A stretch of 64,000 bases of DNA from a virus. Its lineage: Duplodnaviria > Caudoviricetes. Under the pieces are notes generated by a model that searched no databases, was not told where the DNA came from, and saw nothing but the letters and a program-made list of their open reading frames with translations. The position numbers and the translations under genes are program-made. Shown in pieces: positions 55,601 to 61,726 of the stretch (its first letter is position 1; every line of letters starts with the position of its first letter). The DNA is taken from IMG/VR virus record IMGVR_UViG_3300028277_000003, positions 1,436 through 65,435 of that record, one strand, 5' to 3'.

Positions 55601-57503
55601 TCCACTTATACAAACAGAGGACTACAAAATCAGCAACCAAGCGAATGATGGTGTTAACCTTCAATGGTCATACGGCGGTGGTGCTGGAAATAACAATGTG
55701 GATAAACCAACCACGTATGTTGGGATTATGGAACGTCAGAGCAACTTTACAGGAATGTTAAATCAAGACCAAGAGGGTTGGCAAGTGAGATATAGCGATG
55801 GTAGAAGGATGTCAAGACCCTTCGGTACACCAGTGCGCACAATACGAAATCCAGCACGTACTGAAAGAGACTGGTGGGGTGATGAAGAGGGTAAAGGAGA
55901 AACAAGCCTATCTGTGGCCTCTCAGTACTATCTGATAGATTGGTGGGGTAATGAGCGTGGAGAGGCTGTAAGGCGTGCTCCAGTGCGCGGATTCGGTATT
56001 AGACCATCATGGGATTGCGGTGACGCATATGACAACGGTAGCAATACTGCACATGCGCGTATTTGGAACAGTGGTAAACCTCTATTCAATCTGAAAGGTA
56101 TAGCCAACTTGACTAATGGAAATATAACAATAACTGACGGTTATACAATACCTCGATTCGGTGGTGTGTTGAATAATATTAACAACGCTAACACGAATGA
56201 ATTAGTAGATGTGTTTGCGCCTGTGCATTCACTGCGTGTAGGTGATATGGGTAATGGAAGAGGTGTAAGATATCCAACTGCATTCAATGAAGATATACTC
56301 ACAGAACTATCAACTCCTGTGCATAAGACTGGTATTGTACTGAGTCATAATACTGCCGAACCGTTGTTTGGAGATGGCCTGTTGCGCCCGCGTAACGCTG
56401 TACTGCAAGCCGATGAAGTTAAGAGAGGTATCAGTGCTAAACTAGGTATAGATGACTTTGGTTTGTTGAAATCAGAAGCAACAGTTAGTGATAGAGTAGA
56501 AGAAATAATAGGTACTAGCGTGCATAAGGACGTTATTTCACGAAACAGCCCAAGGATTGGTTTAGACGCACAAGTAGTAGAAGGTATAGAACAAAACCAC
56601 GTTGTAATTAATACCGAGGCTCACAGTTTACATACCGACAGAAATATAGGTCAACGAGTTATATTGGAAGGCGCTATGCAAATTGAAGGTAGCCTAGCAG
56701 ATGCTGATTATACATCTATTGGATTTAATAGACAAGGCGCTGGCTCTGCTGTTTCTGCTGTACATAGATATTCACATACTAATGTGTTTAGACCATATGG
56801 TGGCTCATACATAATTGAAACAAAGAGTTATGCTGGTTTATTCAATGACTTAGGTTGGGGCGTAGCCTCATTAACTGGTAGTAATGATACTAGTAATCCT
56901 TACCAAGACGTTAACCAATATAACACAGATACTGTTAGAAATAATGAAGAAGATAATATTGTAAAGTTCATGATTAGACCTGTAAGAGTCTTAGACGCTA
57001 AACATACTGAAGTATATCGTATACACAATTCACTACATAGTGGTTCGCCGCAATATGTTCAAAATTACCTACATGCGACTTCGGGAGGTAAGTATGGTAT
57101 ATTTACATATGAGACGGAAAATGGTAGAGCGCCAACAGCAAACCTCACGACAGGTAGAAGTATACCTGATGGTAATGGACCATACCTACCTATCTTCGTA
57201 TTTGACCACACAAGCGCATTCACAACCCCTCTAAGTTATGGTCCAAAATTACTTGGTACAGGTGTAACTGGATTTGATAGTACTAGTCTAAAATCTAGCG
57301 TATCGAGGGTCATTATAAGCGAAAACACGCTACAACACCATCGTTCCGATGCACCTAGAAGAAGGCAAGAGAAAGATACAGATGATGAACTAAAAAGGAG
57401 TGATTACAGCATAAAACCAAGATTTAGTCAATCTTTACATAATAAAGGTCACAAGGGTGATGTTGATTTTAACGTTACAGACCATAGCGGAGATGGCGCA
57501 TAA
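40662..57503 (+). CDS. Giant (5613 aa) tail-tip/adhesin-like protein with N-terminal LamG/concanavalin-A domain
   Basis: Uninterrupted 16.8-kb ORF; LTIEAWVMP, HVIATV..AIQLYINGELVAS, FRGTLEGIHL and LLLYRFEE in the first ~250 aa; T/S/G/N-rich beta composition. Confidence 0.8.
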   Translation: MTVISRKNHGFFFNGITDSIIVPEGDFSELGHKTTRGTDDVRVILSENAPSSTRNEGATSGIYNKHLTIEAWVMPDCGGTIIEKEGQYKLSLGHVDTPGPAKFEVFMIGDGGEARYELTTATLDTDRYEGTVYPHIEYQGIQDSYNRFVGSRDDATELNKNHRPLIHVIATVRTNAIQLYINGELVASQSIKDRDLALQISTKQTYIGGKGGEFRGTLEGIHLNASFKTSMVDGNAPLADSDTLLLYRFEEPIAPIEEVFTYSAHASSSGLSTLTMTKVDAQSLASKLTGNAVTTGTVDFTSSPYSSGDYEVLDSSSGSTVVRAVSHVPYNILVNPDGITPSTSKPNQKPPERLRLHSINNLENANPTLTVSSIHLDFVNTSNSNNGLIGALNTSRSAGVDNHFIVVGADLLIESGTSKPYQPPHYSSQIIDRTGQMVLDESVFENHGFVYSSAIATTTSDTNNPFAVAWPTSISEDFQIGHSGRHIKNHVEGHAFLRMLPKAIDEIIDQEADGGPYADIIDVIYNNMHRGIDKQVSVNSLVDVYRDFNEIVIDNVVNTSTVTVAYNSYNGTSSPPAGKRKLIAIGGPNFNYTSFALKGPIPQYNKYDADNDETHHDSNIRDYHVTPSKESRVAILHVPRLAALTPSLSPFVEIHYNAIDLTGASMSGTVQPLLMVEKTVPSSDTLVSGSEYVYDSIIHAIGSGMTLHAPGGYIDVYASELGIDSPIISEHGLVGDTSEGYSADTEIDESLTPANYTPRNNTDSIQNGTPQAIIESVSATGVHESSFNKLYLNKIDKTKSLTDKGSYYRIEPDLVLDSGSAGQFDTGTVSSSSHIHETFDIIDNHILTGTNNGDFRIFIQPSDRRRSLQLSNVNISTTFNSATILYLLSRAKVRSIEESVGEDGGFTTLNCIGVGDSLVSRSIDFTGKGSPDSHIVKEIEPNAPVVTVTLGGPGQGAMDTRPVFQRSMLAHEAYSTRRSYAVTATKLVVPNNDTGTLHIKPLNNESEDLASWGTYGFPRYGRIHLQDGSSAKYTSKTGTTFVFAAAALGSGDFISNNGSEYLSIAKLLNALGYMKGPTSGTVTINGNFTIYNESGFGENSDLENGTTVNDRMHQTMNDVQHDYQLGTQYASTRALAEIPVFAEQFFHDSVGPNNAFKIHVDATHTAHTYNPSPVGRRQKSENELADREAHSAYSTAISNNTHVPSTSVIKWDATNLKLYVNDIGIFPAATTSASTFQDIDTQLRYRKVFLNSGDWAWYRNNPSSDGYLQIGLVNNSLYNMTEKFTEFLQPGVSVFIGGPVVDDSVRAISSDILTPSSDYENRDEYYYDAASVKTQGGNVDYGLRQYVSAVEFKAGPESNPHAARIDSKRATGKVLSATVTKLSAYNDKAITVTLSADDFVKFPNLGYDTLADASSATGDLGYEVQYNDNGTIYKYQYHGHIKTINSVATPKNSITLVLQSSGSTYPLVSYGITINNPLGSNYSNGHTNAMSASVGTPNNIFTVGDSIFIANGTNRGEITAVSSTTITVGGGITGTIGDDTVLYGHGLPDGIDITLTSKRRTILGTSVSAIVSDGSQYYRELKNSLNIDTNIAITAASAASSIEITNQAGKNVNNLHGINVKKDDIIYYYIDGSPDTIRKIGTVTKVTEANSDDEQTITLSATGPVIPSSAKLAVWIGDYEDKDAVLNATWINPYAQGGLRDGDTVWANMSYNNPHAVEGLFAKSRGVLNESQVWNAFDNGAGELDTTNPRDSIPLENFLIGNTCLETARNYVQHVNRTVEENYLALGLTSAQAPVVAYIDPYLSTDEHARVLLYNVAHDKEFIAFQDIHMQVQTSSQATQIGWPKEVVESGDTSRTELHKVNAAYNGSGPSPWTTQIDVTNGFLSQNPYIRSTQQSKYIESAYAHDLANRHTNDLLDSSTIDSLTEVDSEPALPTDGRKIEGARLYGKAHGHHVHTGYSYGGEVSGLSTGYSLTPRTNDSVVLFKIANPLHSFSRIPNNNVSVYVEELSSLRTDTTGCSLRDPSTFFDTPDGTRVIPAFLCLKGIRNTTLDLSSHGESRLQHLPQWKDMDFIRRLTIDLGVVSQKDSVVNTLAGAEEIVRLVNQHAALTARVQTGSAHDPSPFWDTDNGDRGTHMGYIRAHIGREVQDLNGNVGYTIVLHSTVPGASGRNFCAWLDNSNGQTSYQPQFLVGHGGRWRNFWALPDEREGENMHPAPMPLNKHGRPFAPITTLQQYITSSNSGEDVISVADYDDNAVMRAVSDSISGKGHNTINTESLDIKGSSSSLIKGLRTGTNAIGRINFGGLVASGVPGWSPHAGKWGCGEQNSNSYTKRYGTLSTTTYSSYIPTKDISSDVVGNEPIYGFRFKNNIGADSGVRFIYKKIGDAFANNNTSLPNTIDDEVCVFFDDRDVAQGGFTIGKHVQGSGDITGRMEIASTTTIDGSSVNITTTEHNWLGGKWRGVPSPDCTILVDDIVLSGTKLTITHKVPFTTSFGSDKLGYYGFPKENGVIHISGYKETNAPSAVANLGYTASYTYRDGDVFYGVQGITSTQLATMNEFYQISSSANWTCLLTDEIMAAVTAAAINAGEEINTEDGLTFDCTNMYAADGKTLGEWGVSPNAIKIRSYDTKNKIKPLSKSFTATLHQDQGIKAAHLEFGEIEKAVRPSGTADWTFGTSRAVTDTLIDDSSRNVDCGYIPYTLLQINTLAKGSNANTATPVLVDSQNVPVDINNWSEGLRGVQFTRSCGDHILPKIDNPHVIIDVSESASFGLRADLTHRAYHLMIPYYRPSPTPSLVSAPERKRIWISSTKSIVATAKGMLTSSDVTTLEWVADTATENWPTAQGSIDLLTSLYASTDNTREFDGLRSIGSVFSEPIVYFRGGKSSKDHSVPLFFGGGFSGVTLDVNDGTTNDYSSFYTHPYANGPTGVTGLQNANEISTSYAMLDGNAMFAFFPGAALCNQHRGSITPPAFNQQNILAPDLGKGGDPSKGGVTYGTGEIKAKPVPLVLRFAHPTARYEDHADGTDSKTTYLIFGPGQAFPFTQEVADADSGNAANTKEPFPGRVIVSGNTWASIPLDETIADSRHVFPNHIVNEKYNFMPPSKVYYDATAGFHWRAMVNWESPAGYCWKGKFSQRPEHGRHYGQQFNDSTPYDVTGTAQIGYDLTHIHPKIHTPTIGFGITMAADTVWHMDGGFHPGGSWLDNQITFNPPHVGKSAARVLSSNWERANQIHPTAFRTSGVLTGRILDYIGNGSEAVATADAKMEYIVVDATRCQNGEELATVLGAAINAFPGAGALKSLGGTHMPSMGNAMRQDRYGWIPLAGESNYVNDSATGNYVDSPANSSQTTLEQLPASGWIRLHQGTNTRFACYHSREVLADSSDWKVRFYLAPNRIDGLNKIEAPETWEKHIDNDGTAFTDSISSSYTLYVWSKAGTMRFNNENVSARDHMTQVHFSGIVDAVDRTKPIGAVGWHGERYSYLNSLKISTTITKNTSSTTTSGYAAGLGAYHEMLNFSPYGTAGTVMNVHSNIPVVAPMQGSPESTPTIDGIGDALGRHITKTYFYEKYNLITNGGGGWDTSLDTDVNTSNNQGYRFTDTDATGNDNQWVAPTNYTTTLPKELTTPQGLYSSAFLVVSYECESSLIAKFDRDGITANGDWLQIIGQGSNPITYAGTTQWDERFHGQDRFIAPANAGPNVEALIVEGTTVPVGDGGGNWADTTFSGGSGTYFHSATPTDLLLKNATPGLNKTGDLLFDLDHSVGSALLHTDDAERNTSADKYAAAHSSGFPVNYWMGDVNALQMYQDSAAKNFSVENIVWKRMDGGNLSMPAINARGLGAVPWMTRVNSNTAYQTGEKIYGNVRFSFETTNSAMLPILQAQELAHPELMRKHPYKIGNVLNIPNEEIQFQSITVRDETGQVHKIEGGSPLGTIIRGFRVPENRGVKGNAPALANSGKIPNLKVQLPDPNSIPGNIVVRSGFDPIQAYQHETIGSGGMMHPDMSESDIGHLFDNSVAGPRQAPTYENHNWERINPVTFDSELGAWNDNSPLQTSYELHDRTLFFHVTKMGHSHTHRYPTVYTHAGGVETDIVSVTAWDSSTNVLTVDATLDVQVFDAGFGTKEDTRKFLRVYNPTTDEGAVCTYIAQNDATIDVIGDVNFATFMAGQTVTNLKVVPSYYIPAGSNRFFAARRLSDHAEVSGNSPDMANTLYYVSGQTVGYDAYSKPVLTPMPFPRMGHHFVTPTMPMLPGHWAHPAYQNLYRRHLIDYQMTNGFVDSGLISDNATSTNKKAAVGTAIGTGAITENIHAMDAEINFSGINAAPSGPSDVHGGAFTLMFESGVKYDGYGILASSDGTSTTLAATVNKAGGHSIVLEAASEYTQGRHFPDPAEVGAYQIVIQPNVFDNQLIGYHNNSGAALTSQQINTVIGIKMDSNGNVDGAKGGLTLVLAKATQADVRGCEVFINEAILDISNDQGSQFTNIPPLMLYNHVGIQLTESPTFTRKGFPYSKMFSDATPAHTLHIPWWSILHKNAIKHNGSALSEATNYRKLSQYSPEDYYMFMRSTFGSVGSQLTINGYTSLYFDIYDKYNKSISLNPKCTVVSFNTNGTIVVDNANTFPMYPYYQQRIQYTGKNGTIYTKTLTSVSGDTAATINIPKTLTLGAKSGADGFWDNIYDDAILTLTHSYNTLPAGELLTNKRKSVFANILPDIINGNQDTYSNHVPDAFLCMWHPNLGRPNTYFSDNTSRSWKGNAVNKAAYNSLPEHFETIHYHDFTHAMSTGPFDYLIKRPSINKIGALSQFIDRTCDFTNNDATVAMDSTSLLVVGMGVTGAGIPSGTTVASITNSTTFELSATVSNGGLTVTNGALTFTEPTLNGFWPCGSRGGPHASKLDLYGMASTSWNVHNTSTSANFASNSNLEWIDSDDDGSYAVSAGIATGSMDEFRRRPYGYRNAVRQAYNRPRYDINSVRAVYEAGASGSAQNTTNYDAGPLIQTEDYKISNQANDGVNLQWSYGGGAGNNNVDKPTTYVGIMERQSNFTGMLNQDQEGWQVRYSDGRRMSRPFGTPVRTIRNPARTERDWWGDEEGKGETSLSVASQYYLIDWWGNERGEAVRRAPVRGFGIRPSWDCGDAYDNGSNTAHARIWNSGKPLFNLKGIANLTNGNITITDGYTIPRFGGVLNNINNANTNELVDVFAPVHSLRVGDMGNGRGVRYPTAFNEDILTELSTPVHKTGIVLSHNTAEPLFGDGLLRPRNAVLQADEVKRGISAKLGIDDFGLLKSEATVSDRVEEIIGTSVHKDVISRNSPRIGLDAQVVEGIEQNHVVINTEAHSLHTDRNIGQRVILEGAMQIEGSLADADYTSIGFNRQGAGSAVSAVHRYSHTNVFRPYGGSYIIETKSYAGLFNDLGWGVASLTGSNDTSNPYQDVNQYNTDTVRNNEEDNIVKFMIRPVRVLDAKHTEVYRIHNSLHSGSPQYVQNYLHATSGGKYGIFTYETENGRAPTANLTTGRSIPDGNGPYLPIFVFDHTSAFTTPLSYGPKLLGTGVTGFDSTSLKSSVSRVIISENTLQHHRSDAPRRRQEKDTDDELKRSDYSIKPRFSQSLHNKGHKGDVDFNVTDHSGDGA

Positions 57504-58915
57504 TGGGACTTATTCAATCATCAAAAGGTCGATTCGATAGTACTTTGACTAATGTAATGAACGATATTAGACAACCTGTGTTCATAGACAACGCAGTACA
57601 TTATGCTAAGATAGAGCCTAGAAGTGCAGGTAAGACTAGAGTTACTATCGAAGCGGTAAACGCTGATAATTACGATTTAGCGACAGAACGTACATATTCT
57701 TTAGTTGAATCTGAATCTAGTATTATCATTACGCATACTGAAACTGACGGTCATTCGCTGAAAAGCGATGTATGGTCTAGTAAAGGTAAAAATACAGTTA
57801 CAGATTTGTTGTATAGTGAAGATAATCCCGTAGATAGAATTATGAGAAGTACTATGACATCAACTGATAATGGATTACAGATTGATTTACGAAATATGAA
57901 AACCCGCACTCTCAAAGAAATAGGCTTTGATGACGACATCATACATTTAGGACAAAATATGGACATAGGCTTCAGAACTACCGATTTAGCAATTAATTTA
58001 TCTCAAAGTGTACCTAACGCTATTACCGCTGTAACATTAGGCTCATCTAGAACAGTAACTAAAATGAGCGATAATAGACGTAAAAACAGTAACGTGTTTT
58101 TAGCAGCAGATTTCTATGGTGTTAATCTAATTACCGCTTTACGATTTGTTACTAGACATGATAATCGAGTAACTATAATGAATAAACACGGAGTCTTAAA
58201 CTATGTACCGTTTAACTTTGCAGATGTGAGTAGAAAAATAGATGGAAATATTCGTTTCGGTTCTAAAGATTCTAGTCCGATGGACAATATAGAAAACCGT
58301 ATAACCGTTCAAGGTCAACAAATAGCATTAAATGAAAACTTGATTCTTACAATGGATGATAGAAGTAAACAGCAGAGTAAATACAGTTCTGATATACTGG
58401 AAAACTCAATACCTATTTTTGATGCATCTATCACTAGTACATCTCGTGCAAAAACAGTGGCGCGTCAAATTCTAAAAGCAAATGCATCTGTATCGGGTTC
58501 GCTAAGGTCTGACGGACATCCTAACTTATGGGATGTTAGACCGGGCGATATCATAGAATATGATGGTAATAGATTAACTATACTAAAAGCGCAACATAGA
58601 TTATCTAACGCTTTGAGTAATTTCACCTTCTTAAGTACAAATTCAGGTCTTGAAGGTGTTTTACAAGGAATAAAACAAGGTAGTATTACTGAAACATCTA
58701 AGAGAAGGCCGGACAAAACAAATCAGATACATACTGAGAATTTTTCATTCTTCGATAATATAGAAATAATTGTCACACCCACAATCACAATTACTGAATT
58801 ATCACACGCGGGCTTCCTTATTGGCCGAAATAGCGAAAGGGGAGTGCTCGGTGGGAACAACGAGACTATCGGACTCATCGAAAAAGAAACCATAATAATA
58901 GAGGGGGAATCATAA
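57503..58915 (+). CDS. Probable baseplate hub/Tal-like protein
   Basis: IENRITVQG, ARQILKANA, DVRPGDIIEYDG..LTILKAQHRL resemble hub-protein motifs; position after the giant protein. Confidence 0.6.
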   Translation: MGLIQSSKGRFDSTLTNVMNDIRQPVFIDNAVHYAKIEPRSAGKTRVTIEAVNADNYDLATERTYSLVESESSIIITHTETDGHSLKSDVWSSKGKNTVTDLLYSEDNPVDRIMRSTMTSTDNGLQIDLRNMKTRTLKEIGFDDDIIHLGQNMDIGFRTTDLAINLSQSVPNAITAVTLGSSRTVTKMSDNRRKNSNVFLAADFYGVNLITALRFVTRHDNRVTIMNKHGVLNYVPFNFADVSRKIDGNIRFGSKDSSPMDNIENRITVQGQQIALNENLILTMDDRSKQQSKYSSDILENSIPIFDASITSTSRAKTVARQILKANASVSGSLRSDGHPNLWDVRPGDIIEYDGNRLTILKAQHRLSNALSNFTFLSTNSGLEGVLQGIKQGSITETSKRRPDKTNQIHTENFSFFDNIEIIVTPTITITELSHAGFLIGRNSERGVLGGNNETIGLIEKETIIIEGES

Positions 58916-59259
58916 TGCCAGCAAACGACCATTTGAAGCGATTGATGATAGAAACAATAGCCGATAACATCAATGAAATGGTTATCGGATTTGATAGTAC
59001 GCCTGCTACTAGTAGTGACGGAAGTGCAGGTAGACCAGCGATAACAATAATACCTACTGTACGTATTATGGATAATTCAACTCTTTTAGTAGAGGGTAGT
59101 TTAACAACAGCAGACACATTCGACGAAACACTCAAAGAAGTATTCGTGCAATTAAGGGGTACAAGCGGATTCACCCCGATTACAAGACATGTTTTCAATC
59201 CGATAAAGAAAACATCAACAAACGAAGTAGTAATCCAATTAATGATAGAGGTAAAGTGA
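58915..59259 (+). CDS. Small tail-tip protein
   Basis: 114 aa; ends RHVFNPIKKTSTNEVVIQLMIEVK, similar to fibre-attachment domains; TAATG coupling. Confidence 0.55.
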   Translation: MPANDHLKRLMIETIADNINEMVIGFDSTPATSSDGSAGRPAITIIPTVRIMDNSTLLVEGSLTTADTFDETLKEVFVQLRGTSGFTPITRHVFNPIKKTSTNEVVIQLMIEVK

Positions 59260-59263
59260 TATT

Positions 59264-61711
59264 ATGGTAGAAAACGTCGTTTCAGGACATACGGGCACAT
59301 TGACAGATGGGGATTATATTCTCTCTCCATCTTTAACGAATATATTTGAAGGTATACATGGTAATGGAATCTTGATGTATGAAGATACAGCGACAGGTGA
59401 CAGTAATAGAAATGCGAAGATAACTACACCGGGATATGTATCGGACAATGGAACTAACTCAATTATAGTAAGAGGCGGTTATTCTGTATTAGATGGATTA
59501 ATCATACCTTTTGGTAACATAGCGGCAGGTGCTACACAAACTATAACATTACAACAAAGTACTATCGAAGGTAGCACATCCGCATTAACTACCGGCCAAT
59601 CTTGTTTGTTAGTTGTTTATGCTTGTAGTGACACAGAATCCCCAAGATACGGTATCCACATTGAACAGGGCACCGCAGTATCCACAGGATTTCCTGTAAC
59701 ACCTGAAAATTTCCTGAGTGATACAAGTGGTCTAAATGGTAGTCTAAATCTCGCATCTAAGCAAAGCACAGCCCTCGCAGTTGTAAAATGTATTTTTAAC
59801 GCAGGTGCAGGGGATTTAGATATGGAAGTGGATACTGTATATGACGTACGTACATTCGTAAAACCTAGCCCTATTTACCTTAGTCCTATGACTACAGGCG
59901 TTGTTGGTAACCAAAGCAACAGAGTTGATTCAGCAGCAGACCTAGATGGTATGCATGGCGGTGGAGATGAGGTAGGGGGACTATCATCTTCCAACTTCGG
60001 CGCTATATGGCAATCATACAGTTATGGTACCGATGGCACAGATGGAGACCACGTGCTGTACTTTAGCGGTAAACAAGGCGGCTCAAGAAGAACACATCGA
60101 ATCGGTCCGAATAAAATTAGTGTATTGAATACGGCACAGAACGTTAGATTCGACGGGCCGAATATATTTAACGCAACGCCAGCAAGCGGTGATATTAACA
60201 TAACACCTACTGGTACCTTTCCTCCAAGTCACATGATTATAGTCAATAATGCTCAGTCTAGTACTCATAAAGTCATATTTGACCCTAGTGGACTCAGTAA
60301 TGGCTCTGCTACTGTGGGAGATGTAGGTACATCTTCATCTGCTATATTTGTTTACAATGGTACTGCATGGGTCAAAGTATTCGCAACATCATCAGCAGCG
60401 GGCGTGAGCGGTTCGGCAGGCGCTATACAAATAAGCGACGGTAGTGCATTTTCCAACGACGCGCAACTCACATTTACCACAGCGAGTAACACACTCAACG
60501 TAGGTGGGCCGATAATTATGGGAGGACTTCTTACCGATGCTAGTGGTATAGCACTCAAAGCCAGTGTGACAAGCAACCCTGCTGGTTCAGGACCGGATGC
60601 GCGAACCTTGTGGTATGACGACGGTAACGATGTACTCAAGTTCGGTGCATCAACAGTTCAATTTACTGATAGTGCTGGATTAATGGATATAAACGGATTA
60701 TCTGCTGCTGTATTAGCATCAGGTGATTTCGTATCTTTTTCAGACACAAATGCTTCTAATGTTACTAAAAAAGAATCAATAGATGATGTTGCTACATTAT
60801 TCGCAGGTACGGGTTTAACCGCATCTAGCGCTGTAATCGGCGTTGACGCTAATCAAGCGGGCATCACTAGTATAGGCCCAGCAGGTACATTGACTGTGAA
60901 TCAAGACTTGACTGTAACAGGTAATTTAATTGTAAGCGGTGCATCTACAACATTGAATGTCAGCGAATTACAGATAGACGACAAACAAATAGAATTAGCA
61001 CACTCACCTAGCGGCTCAGAGGGTGACGATGCAGCAGTAGACGGTGCAGGTATAATAGTCAAGTCTTCTGATAGCGACAAAAGTATACTATGGATGAACG
61101 ATACTGATGGTTGGGAATTTAATCAACATGTGTTTCCCGCATCGGATAGTGCTTTGAATATAGGCTCAGATACAATTAGATTTGCCACAGGTTATCTCGA
61201 CACACTTGTTTCCACCAACCTTACAATAGACACGAATCTATTGAAGACTGACTCTGCAAATAATCGAGTTGGTATCAACCAAGCAGCACCCGATGCACCA
61301 TTCCAAGTAGAGGAACTCGGCTTTGGTTACGGTACTGGTACTCGTACATGGAATGGAGTCGTTGGGCACGCTTCAGGCGCATCAGTAATAACAATTAATC
61401 TGTTTAAGAGAACAGAATTTAAGGCCGCTAAACTACTTGTCTCGGTTGAAAATACTACTGATTCTACGTATGAGACATCGGAAATGGTGCTTACTCATAG
61501 CGGTACAACCAACGCCGCAGCCGATATTATAGCAGACGATGTATTTCTGTCTGTATATGGTACGGTGACAACCGTAACAGCCAAACAAGGGGTGTATCAA
61601 GGCGTTGTAACGGGAAGTGGAAATAGTCAATACATTCAATTACAAGTCACGCCTACGATAGCCGACAAGAGTGTAACGGTGCGCGTATCGTGGCAAGCAT
61701 TAACAATATAA
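59264..61711 (+). CDS. Tail fibre protein
   Basis: VSGSAGAIQISDGSAF, LTVTGNLIVSGASTTLNVSELQIDDKQIEL and NNRVGINQAAPDAPFQV are fibre-type segments; GAGGT RBS. Confidence 0.75.
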   Translation: MVENVVSGHTGTLTDGDYILSPSLTNIFEGIHGNGILMYEDTATGDSNRNAKITTPGYVSDNGTNSIIVRGGYSVLDGLIIPFGNIAAGATQTITLQQSTIEGSTSALTTGQSCLLVVYACSDTESPRYGIHIEQGTAVSTGFPVTPENFLSDTSGLNGSLNLASKQSTALAVVKCIFNAGAGDLDMEVDTVYDVRTFVKPSPIYLSPMTTGVVGNQSNRVDSAADLDGMHGGGDEVGGLSSSNFGAIWQSYSYGTDGTDGDHVLYFSGKQGGSRRTHRIGPNKISVLNTAQNVRFDGPNIFNATPASGDINITPTGTFPPSHMIIVNNAQSSTHKVIFDPSGLSNGSATVGDVGTSSSAIFVYNGTAWVKVFATSSAAGVSGSAGAIQISDGSAFSNDAQLTFTTASNTLNVGGPIIMGGLLTDASGIALKASVTSNPAGSGPDARTLWYDDGNDVLKFGASTVQFTDSAGLMDINGLSAAVLASGDFVSFSDTNASNVTKKESIDDVATLFAGTGLTASSAVIGVDANQAGITSIGPAGTLTVNQDLTVTGNLIVSGASTTLNVSELQIDDKQIELAHSPSGSEGDDAAVDGAGIIVKSSDSDKSILWMNDTDGWEFNQHVFPASDSALNIGSDTIRFATGYLDTLVSTNLTIDTNLLKTDSANNRVGINQAAPDAPFQVEELGFGYGTGTRTWNGVVGHASGASVITINLFKRTEFKAAKLLVSVENTTDSTYETSEMVLTHSGTTNAAADIIADDVFLSVYGTVTTVTAKQGVYQGVVTGSGNSQYIQLQVTPTIADKSVTVRVSWQALTI

Positions 61712-61726
61712 TATAGGTGAAATGAT

